Assembly (NCBI RefSeq): GCF_009914755.1
Contig: NC_060939.1
DNA: 64,000 bases
Reading direction: 5' to 3' (one strand)
From: the human T2T-CHM13v2.0 reference genome, Homo sapiens
Each line of letters opens with the position of its first letter. The first letter of the stretch is position 1. Under the pieces are notes generated by a model. It saw only the letters and a list, made by a program, of their open reading frames with translations. It ran no database searches and was not told the origin of the DNA. A program made the translations under genes and the position numbers. Positions 1-13,089 of this stretch are shown here, one piece after another.

Positions 1-42
1 CAATTTTGGCTTTTGTTGCCATTGCTTTTGGTGTTTTAGACA
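1..42 (-). mobile_element. L1PA-type LINE-1, 5'-truncation end of an antisense copy continuing beyond the left edge
   Basis: caattttggcttttgttgccattgcttttggtgttttagaca matches antisense L1 ORF2; similarity stops abruptly at about 42. Confidence 0.8.
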
Positions 43-1097
43 AATCCTTAGCCAAAAGTAACTCTCGATTTCAATCAATTATTCTATTTCACAGTTTAGA
101 CAAGCAATCCCATTGAACAGGCACCCATTTGTACAGCTGGTCCTTACAGATGCTTCCTTTGGTTCCCCTGCAGATTTGGGGGAGAGGAGATGGAAAATAA
201 AAACACGGTTATGGAAGAGTAAATTGAAAATGAAGCTCATAGCCACTTGGAATTAAGGAATAAAGTGGTTGCTTATTGACATGCTTTGTATAATATCTGC
301 ATTGGAAAATAATTTATAGGGCTATGTTCTCTCACATTTTATCATTGGAAAGAAGTGAGAGAAAAACTCCAAGAAGGACTGAGAGGCACCTGGGCCCGGA
401 TTCATGCTAGATATCATTCATCAGAACAGCTGGTTTGTCCAAAAATAATGATAGCCCAGGCTTCTGTTTTCCCTCAGCACTTGATATCCCTTCTTTTCTT
501 TACTGTTTAGCAGAAGATAGAAGCTATGATGTTGGGAACTGCACACCTCAGAGCTGCTAGCATGAATGGTAGGGCTCCAGCTCACTCAGTCCCAAGCCCT
601 AATGCTCCTTGCTTCCTTCTGACATGGCCACATACCAGGAAAGGCAAATGCTTCAGGGAGAGTTGGGCCATTCATCCACCAAGAATGAGAGAAGCCACAC
701 GGGGAAGGGTGGGAAAATAATAATAAAAGCGAACAGCTAATAACTAATAGATGTTGACCTGAGAAGCAAGGAAGAACTTGATGCAAGACCTTGGAGGATA
801 TTGAAGACAAGGAAAATGCTCCTTGATACCCTGTCATCACGTATTCCATGACATAGCCTAGGAAGGTCATTGGCAAACATCTTTGGAGAGCAATCTGGAA
901 TTCTCCAAATGAACCACCCACCTTGGAAGAGATTCTCTGTAGCTAAATAGGGGTTACCTAGTTTGAAGTCTAGGGAGATGAAAGGCTCCTTCTTTGGCCA
1001 AATAATAGCTAGTGATTACAGGCATCACCATATGAAGGAAATGAACCACCAAACTGAGCCCTGTCCAAATTCATGAGTCACAAAATTGTATAATATA

Positions 1098-1531
1098 CAG
1101 CTGACCCTTACAACATGGGTTGTAATTGCTCAGGTCTACACTTACATGGATTTTCTTGTGCCTCTGACACCCCTGCGACAGCAAGACCAACTCTTCTACT
1201 TCCTCCCCCTCCTCAGCCTACTCAATGTGAAGACATTGAGGATGAAGACTTTTATAATGATCACTTCCACTTAATAGTAAATATATTTTCTCTTCCTTAT
1301 GATTTTCTTAAGAACATTTTCTTTTCTCTAGATTATTTTATTGTAATAATGTGGTATATAATACATATAACATACAGAATATATGTATTCATCGACTATG
1401 TTATCGGTAAGGCTTCTGGTCAACAGTGTGATATTAGTGGTTAAATTTTGAGGGAGTCAAAAGTATTTGTGGATTTATAACTGAGATGGAGGTTGGTGCC
1501 ACTCACCGTCTTGTTGTTCAAGGGTCAAGTG
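1098..1531 (+). mobile_element. Tigger2a (MER28) non-autonomous TcMar-Tigger DNA transposon, full length
   Basis: Terminal inverted repeats cagctgacccttacaac...gttgttcaagggtcaagtg, TA on both sides (1096-1097, 1532-1533), 434 bp, and internal sequence matching the recalled Tigger2a consensus. Confidence 0.9.
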
Positions 1532-1627
1532 TAACAAAACATTTCTTTGTACGCAAAGCTTCAATTGTTGCTGTCTTAAGCATTTGAATTCGATGATAGT
1601 TTGTTACAGTAATAGATGACAGGAACA

Positions 1628-1705
1628 CTGGGCCTCAGTATCCCCATCTGTAAAATAAAAGGATTGGCCTTCACGCACTCCAAGAGTCCTTACAATCCTA
1701 AAGAA
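1628..1705 (+). mobile_element. MIR-family SINE fragment
   Basis: gcctcagtatccccatctgtaaaat MIR core motif. Confidence 0.6.
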
Positions 1706-2689
1706 TCCCTTGATATGCACTTTTTGTTTCTCTTACCTGAGTAATGCATCAATTTTTGCTAAAGTGACTCTGTGTTATTCCTGCTAGCATACAAACTGCT
1801 GTGAGAACTACATTTTTGAGCTACTGCGTTGGCCCCGAGTGTTTACTATAGAATTGAAATGTTTCACCAGATGGGAGCCTCAGCATACACCATGAAAGTG
1901 GGGTCCACTCTTCCAGTATGCAGGGCACCCTTGCTTATGGTGTTAGACTCTCATTCAGAACTCTGCTAGCTACAACAGTAAAACCAGGAGGCCAAGAGCA
2001 TCCCCCTCTCTCGCTAAGAAACTGGTAGGAGGCAAAGAAGAGCCATTCCAAAAATGTTGAAATGAGAAAATGTACAAACTAGAAAAAAATTCCATAAATA
2101 GGATAGAAGTATATTTCTCCTACATTCAATTTTCCTTAATAAGATCTTTAAGGACTGTCATTTACAAATTTATCTCAGCCATCTTTGAACCTATTTACAT
2201 TTTCACCATCTTGAGAGAACGAGCTCCATATCATCTTTATATTTATTTGTCCTAAATTTACCTCCTTTAAGCTAGTTTTAGTAATCTACCACCTCTTTCT
2301 CTCTGTATGACTAGGTTGAGAAGATCCAAAAGTCTGAGTTGTGAAACAAAATATACTGAAAATTAGCCATGTCAAATCCTCTGTAAACTGAATTATAATA
2401 TAAAAATACATAAAAATTGAATAGGTAGAGTTTTCCCATCCAACAGATACCCATGAAAACCTCTCAGGAAAATATCACACAAAAGATGAAAGAAGCAAAC
2501 TTGTTTCTAGCATAAAGGGTCACCTGGTTATGACCTTAGGTTGTACGGTAGAAAGGACTTACAGACAAGAAAATCTGGGAGGGAGCTATGTTTCATCCCT
2601 TACTCTATATAGCTCTTTGAAAAGTTCCCTGACCACCCCACCACCCTAAGACAACATGATTGCTTATGTAAAAGGAGGGCACCCTCCTG

Positions 2690-2915
2690 GTTAGGACTAT
2701 GGCCCAGGGAGCCAGCTTACTTGGACTACATTCTACTCCCCCATGGACAGCTGTGTGACTGTGGAAAAGGCGCTTAACTTCTCTGGGCTTCAGTTTTTTG
2801 TGTGCAAAATGTGGAACTAATATTACCTACTGCATGGTGTTTTCATAAGGTTTAAATACGTAAAGCTCTTGGAACATGTCTTGGACTTGATGAGCACCAT
2901 GAAAGTATTAGCTGC
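2690..2915 (+). mobile_element. MIR SINE
   Basis: ctgtgtgact...cttaacttctctgggcttcagtttt...aaaatg core plus a MIR-like 3' part. Confidence 0.7.
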
Positions 2916-3832
2916 TATGATGACAGTCAGATACTAAATAGATATTCTTTCTTTTTTTTTCCTTCTTCTGCAAGTTTTGCAATACAAATGAAGCTCTATT
3001 CCATTCTGGTTCCAAAGAGGCTATGTTTGTACCATGCAAATAAAAATTGCTACACGTACATAGAGGCTAGTTTGATTGTTGATAACGTAAATAGCAATAG
3101 ATGACTTAAAAGTATAAAAGACTTTGAACAAAAGGAAGAGCTTCCAGACTGCTAAGCTCACTAAGACAAGGGAATCTGATGCATTATTTCCTGGGAGTCT
3201 TTTAAGAAGACAGTGCATAATTAGGTGTCCTGGTTGCTATTTAGGAAGTTACCTAACAAGCATATGGTAGTATGTATTTGGAGAAAGAATGGCATCGAAT
3301 GGCAGCTGGACAAGGTGTTTTCTAGGCTGTCCTTCCAACTCATGAATTCTTATAAGGTCCTAAAAATGTAAAGCACATGGCATATTTCATTTCTTTGTAT
3401 GTAAAGCTTTATTTCCTTTAGGGTCTCCTTGGCTGGTTTCACTGACTATAACACATTATTGGAGGGCTAACAGCCACTCACTTGGCAATGCAGGGCCAGT
3501 GGCATGCAAAACACTAGGAGGATCTGAGCACTCTTGCCCAGGGCTGTGCCCAGGGGCTTAGGACCCAAGCCTAGTTAGAGGCCTATGGACCACACAGCAA
3601 GCAGATGTCAGCCAGTTTTACTCACAGCCCTCAGCAAATGCCATCATGACCAGCCTGTATCTCCAAGACCCACCCTGGAATTTGCCTGCTGAAGTTTCCT
3701 CAGCTTCCTGTGTCTGTGCTTCAGGGTGTTCTCTGGCTGCCAAGTGTGCTCAGCCTATGCTAGGGTCTGGGGTGAACTTCACTTAACCAGGGAAAGATGT
3801 GATGAAAAACTACCCCAACTTCCTTGCCACTG

Positions 3833-4500
3833 TGTTAATGGACTGAATGTTTGTGTCCCTCTCAAATTTATATGCTGGCTCTCAAATCCGCAGTGTGGCT
3901 GTATTTGGAGATGGACCCTGTAAGGAAGTAATTAAGGTCAAATGAAGTCATGGGGTGAAAACTTGATCCAAAAGATTAGTCTTCTTATAAGAAGAAAGCT
4001 AGAGCTGGGTGAAGTGGCTCATGCCTATAATCCCAGCACTTCGGGAGGTTGGAGGATTGCTTGGGAGGTTGGGGGATCACTTGAGGACAGGAGTTCGAGA
4101 CCAGCCTGGCCAAAAAGCACGACCCCTATCTCTATAAAAAAAAATTAAAAAATTAGCCAGGCATGGTGGGTCATGCCTGTAGTCTAAGCTACTTGGGAGG
4201 CTGATGGGGAGAATCCCTCTAGCCAGGAGTGGGAGTCTACAGTAAGCTATGATCCTATGATCACACCAGTGCACTCCAGTTTGGGCAACAGAGTGAGACT
4301 CTATCTCTTAAAAAAGAAGAAGAGAGCTACAGAGTTCTTGCTCTTTCTCCATGGGCAGGGACCAGGGAAAGGCCAGGTGACAACACAGTGAGAAGGCAGC
4401 TGTCAGCAAGCCAAGACAAGAACCCTCACCAGAAACTGAATTTGCCAGCACCTTGGTCGTGGACTTGGCTCCACAACTGTGAAAATACATTCCTGTTTTT
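3833..4500 (+). mobile_element. MLT1A-type MaLR solo LTR, interrupted by an Alu
   Basis: Starts tgttaatggactgaatgtttgtgtccc, contains gtatttggagatgg and taattaaggtcaaatgaagtcat, and resumes after the Alu with gcaagccaagacaagaaccctcaccagaaac. Confidence 0.8.
4003..4315 (+). mobile_element. Alu (AluJ-like)
   Basis: Dimeric Alu with A-rich linker, old diagnostic pattern, and degenerate TSD aagaagaaagctagag / aagaagagagctacagag. Confidence 0.9.
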
Positions 4501-5529
4501 AGGAGAAACGTCTACAGTTTAGGCTTTAGGAGGCCTTGAACATTATGGAGTATCATTGAAGGCATTATGTGAAGGGTCAAGTGTGTTTGTGGAAAGGAGA
4601 AGGGGAAGACCTTTGCTAGGGCTCCTGGGATGAAGGCCCACAGGTGTGCCTCAGATTTTCTTTACCAGACATGATATACCACCTTCTTTCACTCTCTGAC
4701 CTCCTTTGGGTGAGAATGAATTAAATGGAACCAAATTTCTCCCACATAGAAACAGCCCAAACCCCGGGTACAGAGTAATTCACTGTATACCAGGGAAGTA
4801 AGTACTCTTGAAGGTCTTTCCAACTCAGAGGTTCTAGGATTTTATCATAAGACTACCCTTCATTTACATATGACATCGTAACTCCCTGAAGGGAAGCCTC
4901 ATGGGCTTACTGAGGGTTAGTTTCTGAAGGTGACACTTCCAACATGAAATGGTGGTTGGAGTCCCAAGTAGAAGGGCTTGTCAGTTGGCATCTATGGAAG
5001 GTGGACTTGGCTGCCTCAAGCTTGGCAGTTGGTCCCAGTGCCCTGTTGTCATGGCTCTAGATTTACTGTTTTGAGCATGCGAACGTAACTTTGTAGTAAA
5101 GTCAGTGGGTCTACATTATTTAACAGCGTGTGTGATGTACTAACTGTTTGTGAGGGAAATGTGAAATCCTGTAACAAGTACCTTCCTCAAGAAAATGGGT
5201 GATTTTGATCTCCATCACACGAGGAGCCTGGGCTAATTTCCCTGCCAAGCATATTTTTCCAGAGCATTAATCTGGTGTAAATCACTTAAGTCAATCTCCA
5301 GAACAACTTTGGTCCTCATAATTTTTATTTGCATAATTCATCAATTAAAAATATTGGAGGAGAAATAAATTTGTTACTGCAGAACACATTCTTTGGACTT
5401 TCCATAAAATTATATCCTATAAACTTTAGGCTTACCTGGGCTCAGAATGAATTTGCTGGTCCCCTAGATATGCTACAAAGAGGAATCCTCATTTTTCAGG
5501 CAGCCCGTTTCTGTAGATACTTTGTAGAC

Positions 5530-5745
5530 TAACAGACCTAGGTTTGCATACTCATTTCATGTATAACCTTGAAACGTTATTTCAACTCTCTAAACATTAA
5601 TTCTCTTATCTAAATATTGGTCACACACACACACTGAGACTTAATTAATATAATAATATTTACTATTACTAGGGGTTGTTGTAAAAATTAATAAGAAAAT
5701 GTATGTAAAGTGTCTAACAAAAATTATCACAGAATTGGCACTTTT
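5530..5745 (+). mobile_element. MIR SINE
   Basis: agacctaggtttg...gggttgttgtaaaaattaa...gtatgtaaagtgtcta MIR motifs. Confidence 0.6.
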
Positions 5746-5747
5746 AG

Positions 5748-6300
5748 TACGTATCTGTCATTCTTTGTCCATGAAGCATCCATATTCCATTCCTATATTT
5801 AAGTAATTCCCTACCTTTTTCATCTTGGTGGGAAATAGAAACTGACAACTCCAGATAACAACTTTCCCAGGATCTCTTAAAGTGAGGCCTAGGCACCTGA
5901 CACAAGGTTAGCCAATCAGATACACATAACCTAGGTTTGACCAATCAGATGCATCTGCTCAGACTTGACCCGGAGGACTGTACTGCAAATAAGAAGGACA
6001 CTGGAAAATCCTTCCACAGGGCTAAACTGGTAGCAGAAACACCTGGCTTATTGCGGCACCAGGGACAGAAATGTCAGCTGTAGTATCTGGTGACCAGTGC
6101 TCAGTGTAAGCAGTGATGTTCTCATTGGAATAGTTCTAAGCCATTATTTGGGCTGTGGTCCTGGTAACATGACTTTCTGCCCACTTTTCAAACCCAGTTC
6201 TCCAATCTTCCTGGTAAGACTATACGTTAAGTCTATCCCTGTTACTTTTAACTGCCTACACAGATATGTTTGGTCTACTTGATTCAGGTGCCTTTCTGTA
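5748..6300 (+). mobile_element. Old ERVL/MaLR-type LTR remnant (subfamily uncertain)
   Basis: actttcccaggatctctt...aggcacctgac...gccaatcaga motif typical of ancient ERVL LTRs. Confidence 0.45.
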
Positions 6301-7544
6301 AACAGACCTAAAAGCATAGCTTTAGCCCTTGAGTTTGATAAAGAAAACCAAAATGTGGGTTGAGAATGATGAACCCTTCACCATGAAAATGTTTTTCAAG
6401 CAGAAAATTACAAAGGATAAATGACAGACATGATCATTGGTAGTTGAATATCAATCTTTTTTACTAAGGAATCAATGAATTTATGGTCATGGTAGTTGAA
6501 ATGATATTTAATCTTGACTTGATCTTGGTTTTCTCCACCATTCATAACCTTTTACTTCCCTCTCTGCTGATCTGCTTCAGCATCCATCACCAGCCCACAC
6601 TCCAATTGATCTGTTTTGTGTGGGGCTGCGCTGAGGCTTAGTTGTTCCTTGTAGTAGGTAGAGCTGATTCATTAATTGCAAGGCATTCTCAAGGGCCGTT
6701 GACAATTGCTCTAAATTCAGTAACTTACACCTGGTCAATTATATTTCTTTTGCTGTAACTTTGTGTATACCTATTCACCTTTGCCCAAACCCATAAAATG
6801 TTGAAATGCTGAAGTTTATCATCTATGAAGTGCAAAAGCACCCTGGTAAAGATTGCTGCAAAACATCAGCTTAAGCCTGGCAGGCTCGGCCAGGTATCAT
6901 ATCTCTGGTGGCCCATAAAAGTAAGTGAGTCTTATTTCAATGAGTTTGAGGAAACAGATCAGAAGCCCCTGCACAGTCCAACTGAACGCAGATTTTATTT
7001 GCCTTTTATGTTTCCAGCTTTAATGTCTTGGCTCCATGACCTAAACTTTATTTTTATTTGCAGGATGTGATACAGTGAATTTATGAACACCCATGCACAT
7101 GTGTGCACACACACATATACACACACTGTCTTATAGATTTTATCAAATCTCTTCCACTTAAAAAAAAAACAGTGAATTATAAATTATTTCTAACATACGA
7201 AGAGGTACAAAGAGTTATACTGTAAACATCTACATGCCTTACTTTCCTTTTTGCCTTTTCCATGTGATTGTGGATTTAGCCAAACCTTCCCTGGCATTTA
7301 AAGCAGGCATTTCACTTAGGAACTTCAGATTAGCTTGCTCTATTATTTCTAGCAGGGATTTTATACCATAGCTTAAAAGATCCACTGAAACCTTTGTTGC
7401 CTTTCCTAGATAGGGAGACATATTTGAGAAATTCAGAATACTGATTTAAAACTTAAAGTGAACTTGGAGGTCAATGAATAAACTGGGCTATCTCCATACT
7501 TAGTATATATTCATCTATCCAGTGGGTCTATTAATGCCTCTACT

Positions 7545-7985
7545 CTGGTTTGAATTCCAAAACATACAATCATAAAACAACCATTTTATTATGATCAGGG
7601 CACAATGGGGACAGTTTATCTCTGTTCTATGAGATCTGGGACCTTAGCTGAAAAGATGCAATGGCAGTTGGTGACTCAAATGCTGGGCACCGGAATTACT
7701 TCAAGATGAACTCACTCATGTGTTCAGTGATTGATGCCACCTGGGGCTACTGACCAGAGCTCTTATATGTGGCTTCTCCATGTGGTGTGGGCTCCCTCCC
7801 AGCATGGCTGTTCCTGGGAAGTCAAGTTTCCTACAGGGTAGTTTAGGGTTCTAGAGCTAATGATTTAGTAAACAAGGTAGAAGCTGTACCCCCTGTCCTA
7901 TTCTAACCTAGCCTTAAAACTCATCTCTGCCACATTGGATTAGTTACAAGTGACTCACAAGGTACGAGAAGGAGTGGCAAAGAAT
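7545..7985 (-). mobile_element. MLT1F/G-type MaLR LTR
   Basis: aaaacaaccattttattatg, tatgtggcttctccatgtgg, agcatggctg and gaagctgta motifs. Confidence 0.6.
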
Positions 7986-7999
7986 TCACAGCATTCTGA

Positions 8000-8461
8000 T
8001 TTTTTATTTTGAGACAGAGTCTCACTCTGTCACGCAGGCTGGAGTGCAGTGGCGTGATCACAGTTCATTGCAACCTTGACCTCCCCACCTCAGCCTCCCG
8101 AGTAGCTGGGACAACAGGTGCATGCCACCACACCTGGTTATTTTATTTTATTTTTTTTAATTTAATTTAATTTTATTTTATTTTAGTTTTTTTATTTATT
8201 TTTATTTATTTTATTTGATTTTATTTATTTTATTTTATTATTTTATTTTAGTTTAGTTTAGTTTAGTTTTTAAATTTATTTTTGTTTATTTTTATTTTTT
8301 ATTTTATTTTATTTTATTTTTTTATTTATTTTTATTTTTATTTTATTTTATGTATCCCCCTATGTTGCCCAGACTGGTCTTGAAGTCCTGAGCACAAGAA
8401 ATCCTCCTGCCTCGGCCTCCCAAAGTGCTGAGATTACAGGCAGGAGCCACCACACCCAGCC
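8000..8461 (-). mobile_element. Alu (AluJ-like) with a greatly expanded central linker
   Basis: Right arm at 8000-8140 and left arm at about 8350-8461; TSD acagcatt at 7988-7995 and 8462-8469. Confidence 0.9.
8139..8351. repeat. Imperfect (TTTTA)n/(TTTA)n microsatellite with a (TTTAG)4 block
   Basis: Seen directly in the sequence. Confidence 0.95.
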
Positions 8462-10129
8462 ACAGCATTTTTTTTTTTTTTTTAAATAACAACAATCCTA
8501 AATGGTCTCTCTCCAACTTCTCCTTTAAACAACTCCCAGCATACCCACACGAGCCACCAAAGGACAGAGAAAGCAGCACTTCTAGACACTTACCCTTAAG
8601 AATGGCACACTTTAGTCTCCCTTGCCCAATATTGTCCTTTGAATTTTCCCCATTGCTAACTTGCATCTTATTTGGCTGTGCACATTGGCTAGTCCATTTG
8701 GATTGTTGACCCCAAGTCTAAACTCTGTGACCTGATTCTGCTCCTGAAAACAGCCTCTCTGATGAGGTCTGCCCTCATTGGTTCTCCCAATTCTAGTGCA
8801 TCTCTAGCCCTTAAGGTCAAGGGCATGAGGATTGGGTATAGTGCTTTGGAAATGTTCAGGCCTTGCAAACACTTCTGAAAGCCTTATTCACATAGATTTA
8901 AGGTATGCTTCTTCTCATTAAAAGCCATGCAAAGTCTCTAGATTGTATCTGGCCAAATGTTTCCATTGTAATAACAAACATTAAGTATGAAATCAGTGAA
9001 AACCATGAAAGAGAGACAACTCAGGGGTTACATGAGGCAACCAACTCCATCAAATTTGTAAATTGAAAAACTGTTCTTTCAAATGATTATTTTCTGAGTT
9101 CACTTGAAATCAGTCTATAGAGCACCCAATCATTTCTAAATAACAGGTTTGGGGCTTTTAAAGGAGTCAGGACATTGTGTTTCTGATTTATCATTTGTGG
9201 TGTGTTTGTTTTTCAGAGGAATAAATCAGCCTAGAATCAAATGTTTATATTTATTCTTCAGATATGTCCTGGCCGAAATATCACCAATATCTGCACTGTA
9301 GTGTGGAATTAAACATTTTCTGTTTATCTTGTCTCTTTACACATAAAATTTTTATTCTTTTCAGGGGACTGACATTAACAAGGGTACTGGTCTTGGGATA
9401 AGAAATGAGAATCTACCCAGATCCTCTCCGGAAAATCTGTTTTATAATTCCCTAAAGCTACAATTACATGCAAACTGGATTCTTGAAATAAAACACAATT
9501 GAATTTAAATGACATCTACATGAAACCCAATAACTCGATTACATTGTTTTAATGTTCTTAATGTGGTCAAAGGCAGCCCATGGCTTTATCATCAATTAGG
9601 TAAGCTTTTGAGGGAAATTCTGAAAAATGGCAAGTCCTCATGTGTGGACTGACAACTGAGCAATTTGCCTGCTGTGCTTCAGAAAGAGAGGCCAGCTCTG
9701 TGAGGTGCTGTCGAAATGACTGAAAACCACCCACTGCGGATTTCTACTTCCCTCTATGAAAACCAGCCTTCTCAGGGATTATCACCGCCAATAAGAGGGG
9801 AAAATTGCCTGCACAGTTGGTGATTGTGGTTAACTGGTCAGGGAGGCTTCACGTACTGGCTCTTGGAAAATTCATAGGCATACAAAGATGCCAAGTGACA
9901 GGAGGAGGCTGGGGCAACCTGTGACAAAGGAGAACACAGCCACTTCTTCTACAGCAAGTCTGTGTAGAGCACCTATTATGCTTGAAACGCCCTTTCAAAA
10001 AAGCACATTTCAGTCAAAAGAATAATGCTCTGACTTCTAAAAGCACCAAATGTTAATTTTCAAGGAACCATGCCTCTTTTCCTTTGATTAGATCAGAAAA
10101 AAATTGTACGTATCTGTAAAATTTAAGAA

Positions 10130-10520
10130 TGTCTGACCAAATAAAAAAATCTATAATTATTTTTGGTTTTTAATATTTCCTCATTTTTGTTTATGTGACT
10201 AAATATTGATATAAAGGTTACAATCAGAATGGATATAATAATTTGTAATTCTTGGCTTAACAATATAGTTAGGATATTTTCTCTGCTTTTTTAATGTTGT
10301 CATTATTAATGAATGTGTAACAGCTTGTCTATTTGAGGTACCTGATATAGAAATTTATAAAACTTTTGGTTATTTCTAATTGTGGATACTAAAATCTAAA
10401 ATATGGTCACTGTTCGTAATTGTTTACCATCATGGATAATAGTTAATGCAGTTTTTTTCTTCTACATAATTCTCAAGATAAAATTCTGGGATGGGAATTA
10501 CTGAGGTATAAGGCATGAAC
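10130..10520 (-). mobile_element. Degraded old L1 (L1ME-like) fragments
   Basis: AT-rich, with ggaattactgaggtataaggcatgaac resembling an antisense L1 3' region. Confidence 0.45.
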
Positions 10521-11034
10521 CTTGTCTGTTGGATCCTCAAACAACTTCTCGCAGACTGTGCACAGCACAAGTCCAAGGGATACTATTCACAAAGCTCCTT
10601 TCACCCAAAACTGTATGTTGTGGACAGCACCCTCGGCTTGACCCGCCACGACCTGACCGTGCATAGCCACCCAGCAACCCATCTTGAAATATCAGCCTAC
10701 TGTTAAGTTGCTTTTTCAAAGATTAGCCCAAAGAATTTCAAGGAAAAAAGAGAAAATCCCAGTCTCCTGCTTAAGTTATTGTTTAAGGAGTTAATTAGGG
10801 ATACAAGGACAGAATATTTAATAGCAATAAATTAAAATAGGGCATTTCACTATAAAAACCAGGGGTAGTTAACAGTATAATACTTAAGATGCATTTCTTC
10901 AGGAAAATTAGGCACTTGTGAATTCAGTTAGAATTTTCAAATAATAAAAAAGTCAAGAAAAATTAAAAGAAATAAAAATAAAAGAAGAAACAAATTTAGA
11001 CAAAGACACAGAAACAGTCGAAATGATAAATATC

Positions 11035-11359
<325 letters not shown>

Positions 11360-11475
11360 CTAAAAATCCTAACAAAGTAGACTGATTGTTGATAAATCTA
11401 ATAAGCAAATACAGAAAAATATCAAATGAGCCATATAAACTGAGAAAGGGTAAAAAAAGAATATATTACTTTTAA

Positions 11476-11526
11476 TGCCATTACTTTTAATGGCAAAATA
11501 CTGCAATTTCTTTTGCACCAACCTAA
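11476..11526 (+). mobile_element. MADE1 (Hsmar1-derived MITE), half element
   Basis: gccattacttttaatggcaaaa...gcaatttcttttgcaccaacctaa followed by ta, matching the MADE1 spacer plus one terminal inverted repeat. Confidence 0.85.
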
Positions 11527-12102
11527 TAAAAATGATTATGAATACCATGTTAATAAATGATATTAAATTTGAAAATGGCAATGAATAATATGTCCAATTA
11601 TAGACCCATAAATTCAAATATTCATGAAGGAAGTAAAGAGTCTAAGCAGACATATGACCAAAAATAAATGCATACAATGACAAAGATATTGGAGTTTACC
11701 AGTTTAGAAAAAACAGAATCTCATTCTTAAATCATTTCAGACATCCAATGAATAAATAAACCACTTGTTACATAGATAAATTGATGGCAAAAATAAGATC
11801 CGATGATAAAACTCTTCTTATAAGGCATATTTTACTGATTCCTAAAGTTGGAACAGATGCTATAAACATTTAAACCTGTAATAACCACAAACTGCTCATT
11901 TTATATTAATTATATTATAATATAATATGATTTCAACCATGTTAGGAAACCAGCACTGCATGTTACAAACAATGAAACTGGGAAGAAAAAAATGTCAGAA
12001 TATTCAGAGTGGTTCACTCTGGATTTAAGTGAGTGATTTCATTTCTGCTTATTCTTTGAAGGTTTCCCTATTGCCTCTGAATTGGTGGGGGAAGGCGGGC
12101 TC

Positions 12103-13080
12103 TCAGAAGGTGAATTGTGTCCCCCACAAAAATTCATATGTTGAAGTTTTAACTCCCAGTACCTCAGAGTGTGACTATTTTTGGAGACAGAGTTTTTAAA
12201 CAGGAAATTAAGGTAAAATGAGGTCATTAGTGTGAGCCCTAATCCAATATGACTGGTGTCCTTTTGAGAAAATGTGGGAAGGAGATGTGAAGAAACAGGG
12301 AGAAGACAGCCACGTACTAGCCAAGGAGAAAAGCCTGGAATAGATCCTCCTGAGAGGTGAAGGCAGCTGGACTTCTGGGTCGGGTGGGGACTTGAAGAAT
12401 TTTTCTGTCTTACAAGAGGTTTGTAAAATGCACCAATCAGTGCTTTGTAAAAACGCACCAATCAGCGCTCTGTGGCTAGCTAGAGGTTTGTAAAATGCGC
12501 CAATCAGTACTCTGTAAAAATGCACCAATCAGTGCTCTGTGGCTAGCTAGAGGTTTGTAAAATTGACCAATCAGCACTCTGTAAAATGGGCCGATCAGCA
12601 CCCTGTAAAATGGACCAATCAGCACTCTGTAAAATGGACCAATGAGCAGGACATGGACGGGGACAAATAAGGGAATAAAAACTGGCCACCCCAGCCGGCA
12701 TCAGCAACCAGCTCGGGTGCCCTACCACAGTGGGGAAGCTTTGTTTTTTCACGTTTCAGGATAAATCTTGCTGCTGCTCACTCTTTGGGTCTGTGCCACC
12801 TTTAAGAGCTGTAACACTCACCATGAAGGTCTGTGGCTTCATTCTTGATGTCAGTGAGACCACGAACCCACCGGCAGGAACAAACTCTGGACGCACTTCC
12901 TTCACAGCTCTCAGAAGGAACCAAACTGGCTGACACACTTTGATCTTGAACTTTAAGCCTCCAGAACCATAAAAAAATACATATATATGTATACATTTAT
13001 ATAAAATATATATAAATTTTGGTGGTGGTGTTTAAGCCTCCCAGTTTGTAATACTTTTTTAAGGCAGTCTTCGTAAATGA
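12103..13080 (+). mobile_element. MLT1B-type MaLR LTR, split by an LTR12F insertion
   Basis: tgaattgtgtcccccacaaaaattcatatgttgaag to 12350, resuming at 12896 with cttccttcacagctctcagaaggaacc. Confidence 0.85.
12351..12895 (+). mobile_element. LTR12F-type ERV9 solo LTR
   Basis: Starts tgagaggtgaaggcagctggacttc, has tandem caccaatcagcactctgtaaaa units and gggaataaaa, ends ctctggacgca; flanked by cctcc / cttcc. Confidence 0.9.
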
Positions 13081-13089
13081 ACGCAGGGT

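Noticed and set aside
12039-12996. Cluster of overlapping ORFs with repeated peptides (ALIGAF, ADWSILQ)
   Set aside because: These are translations of the LTR12F CCAAT tandem units and MLT1B.
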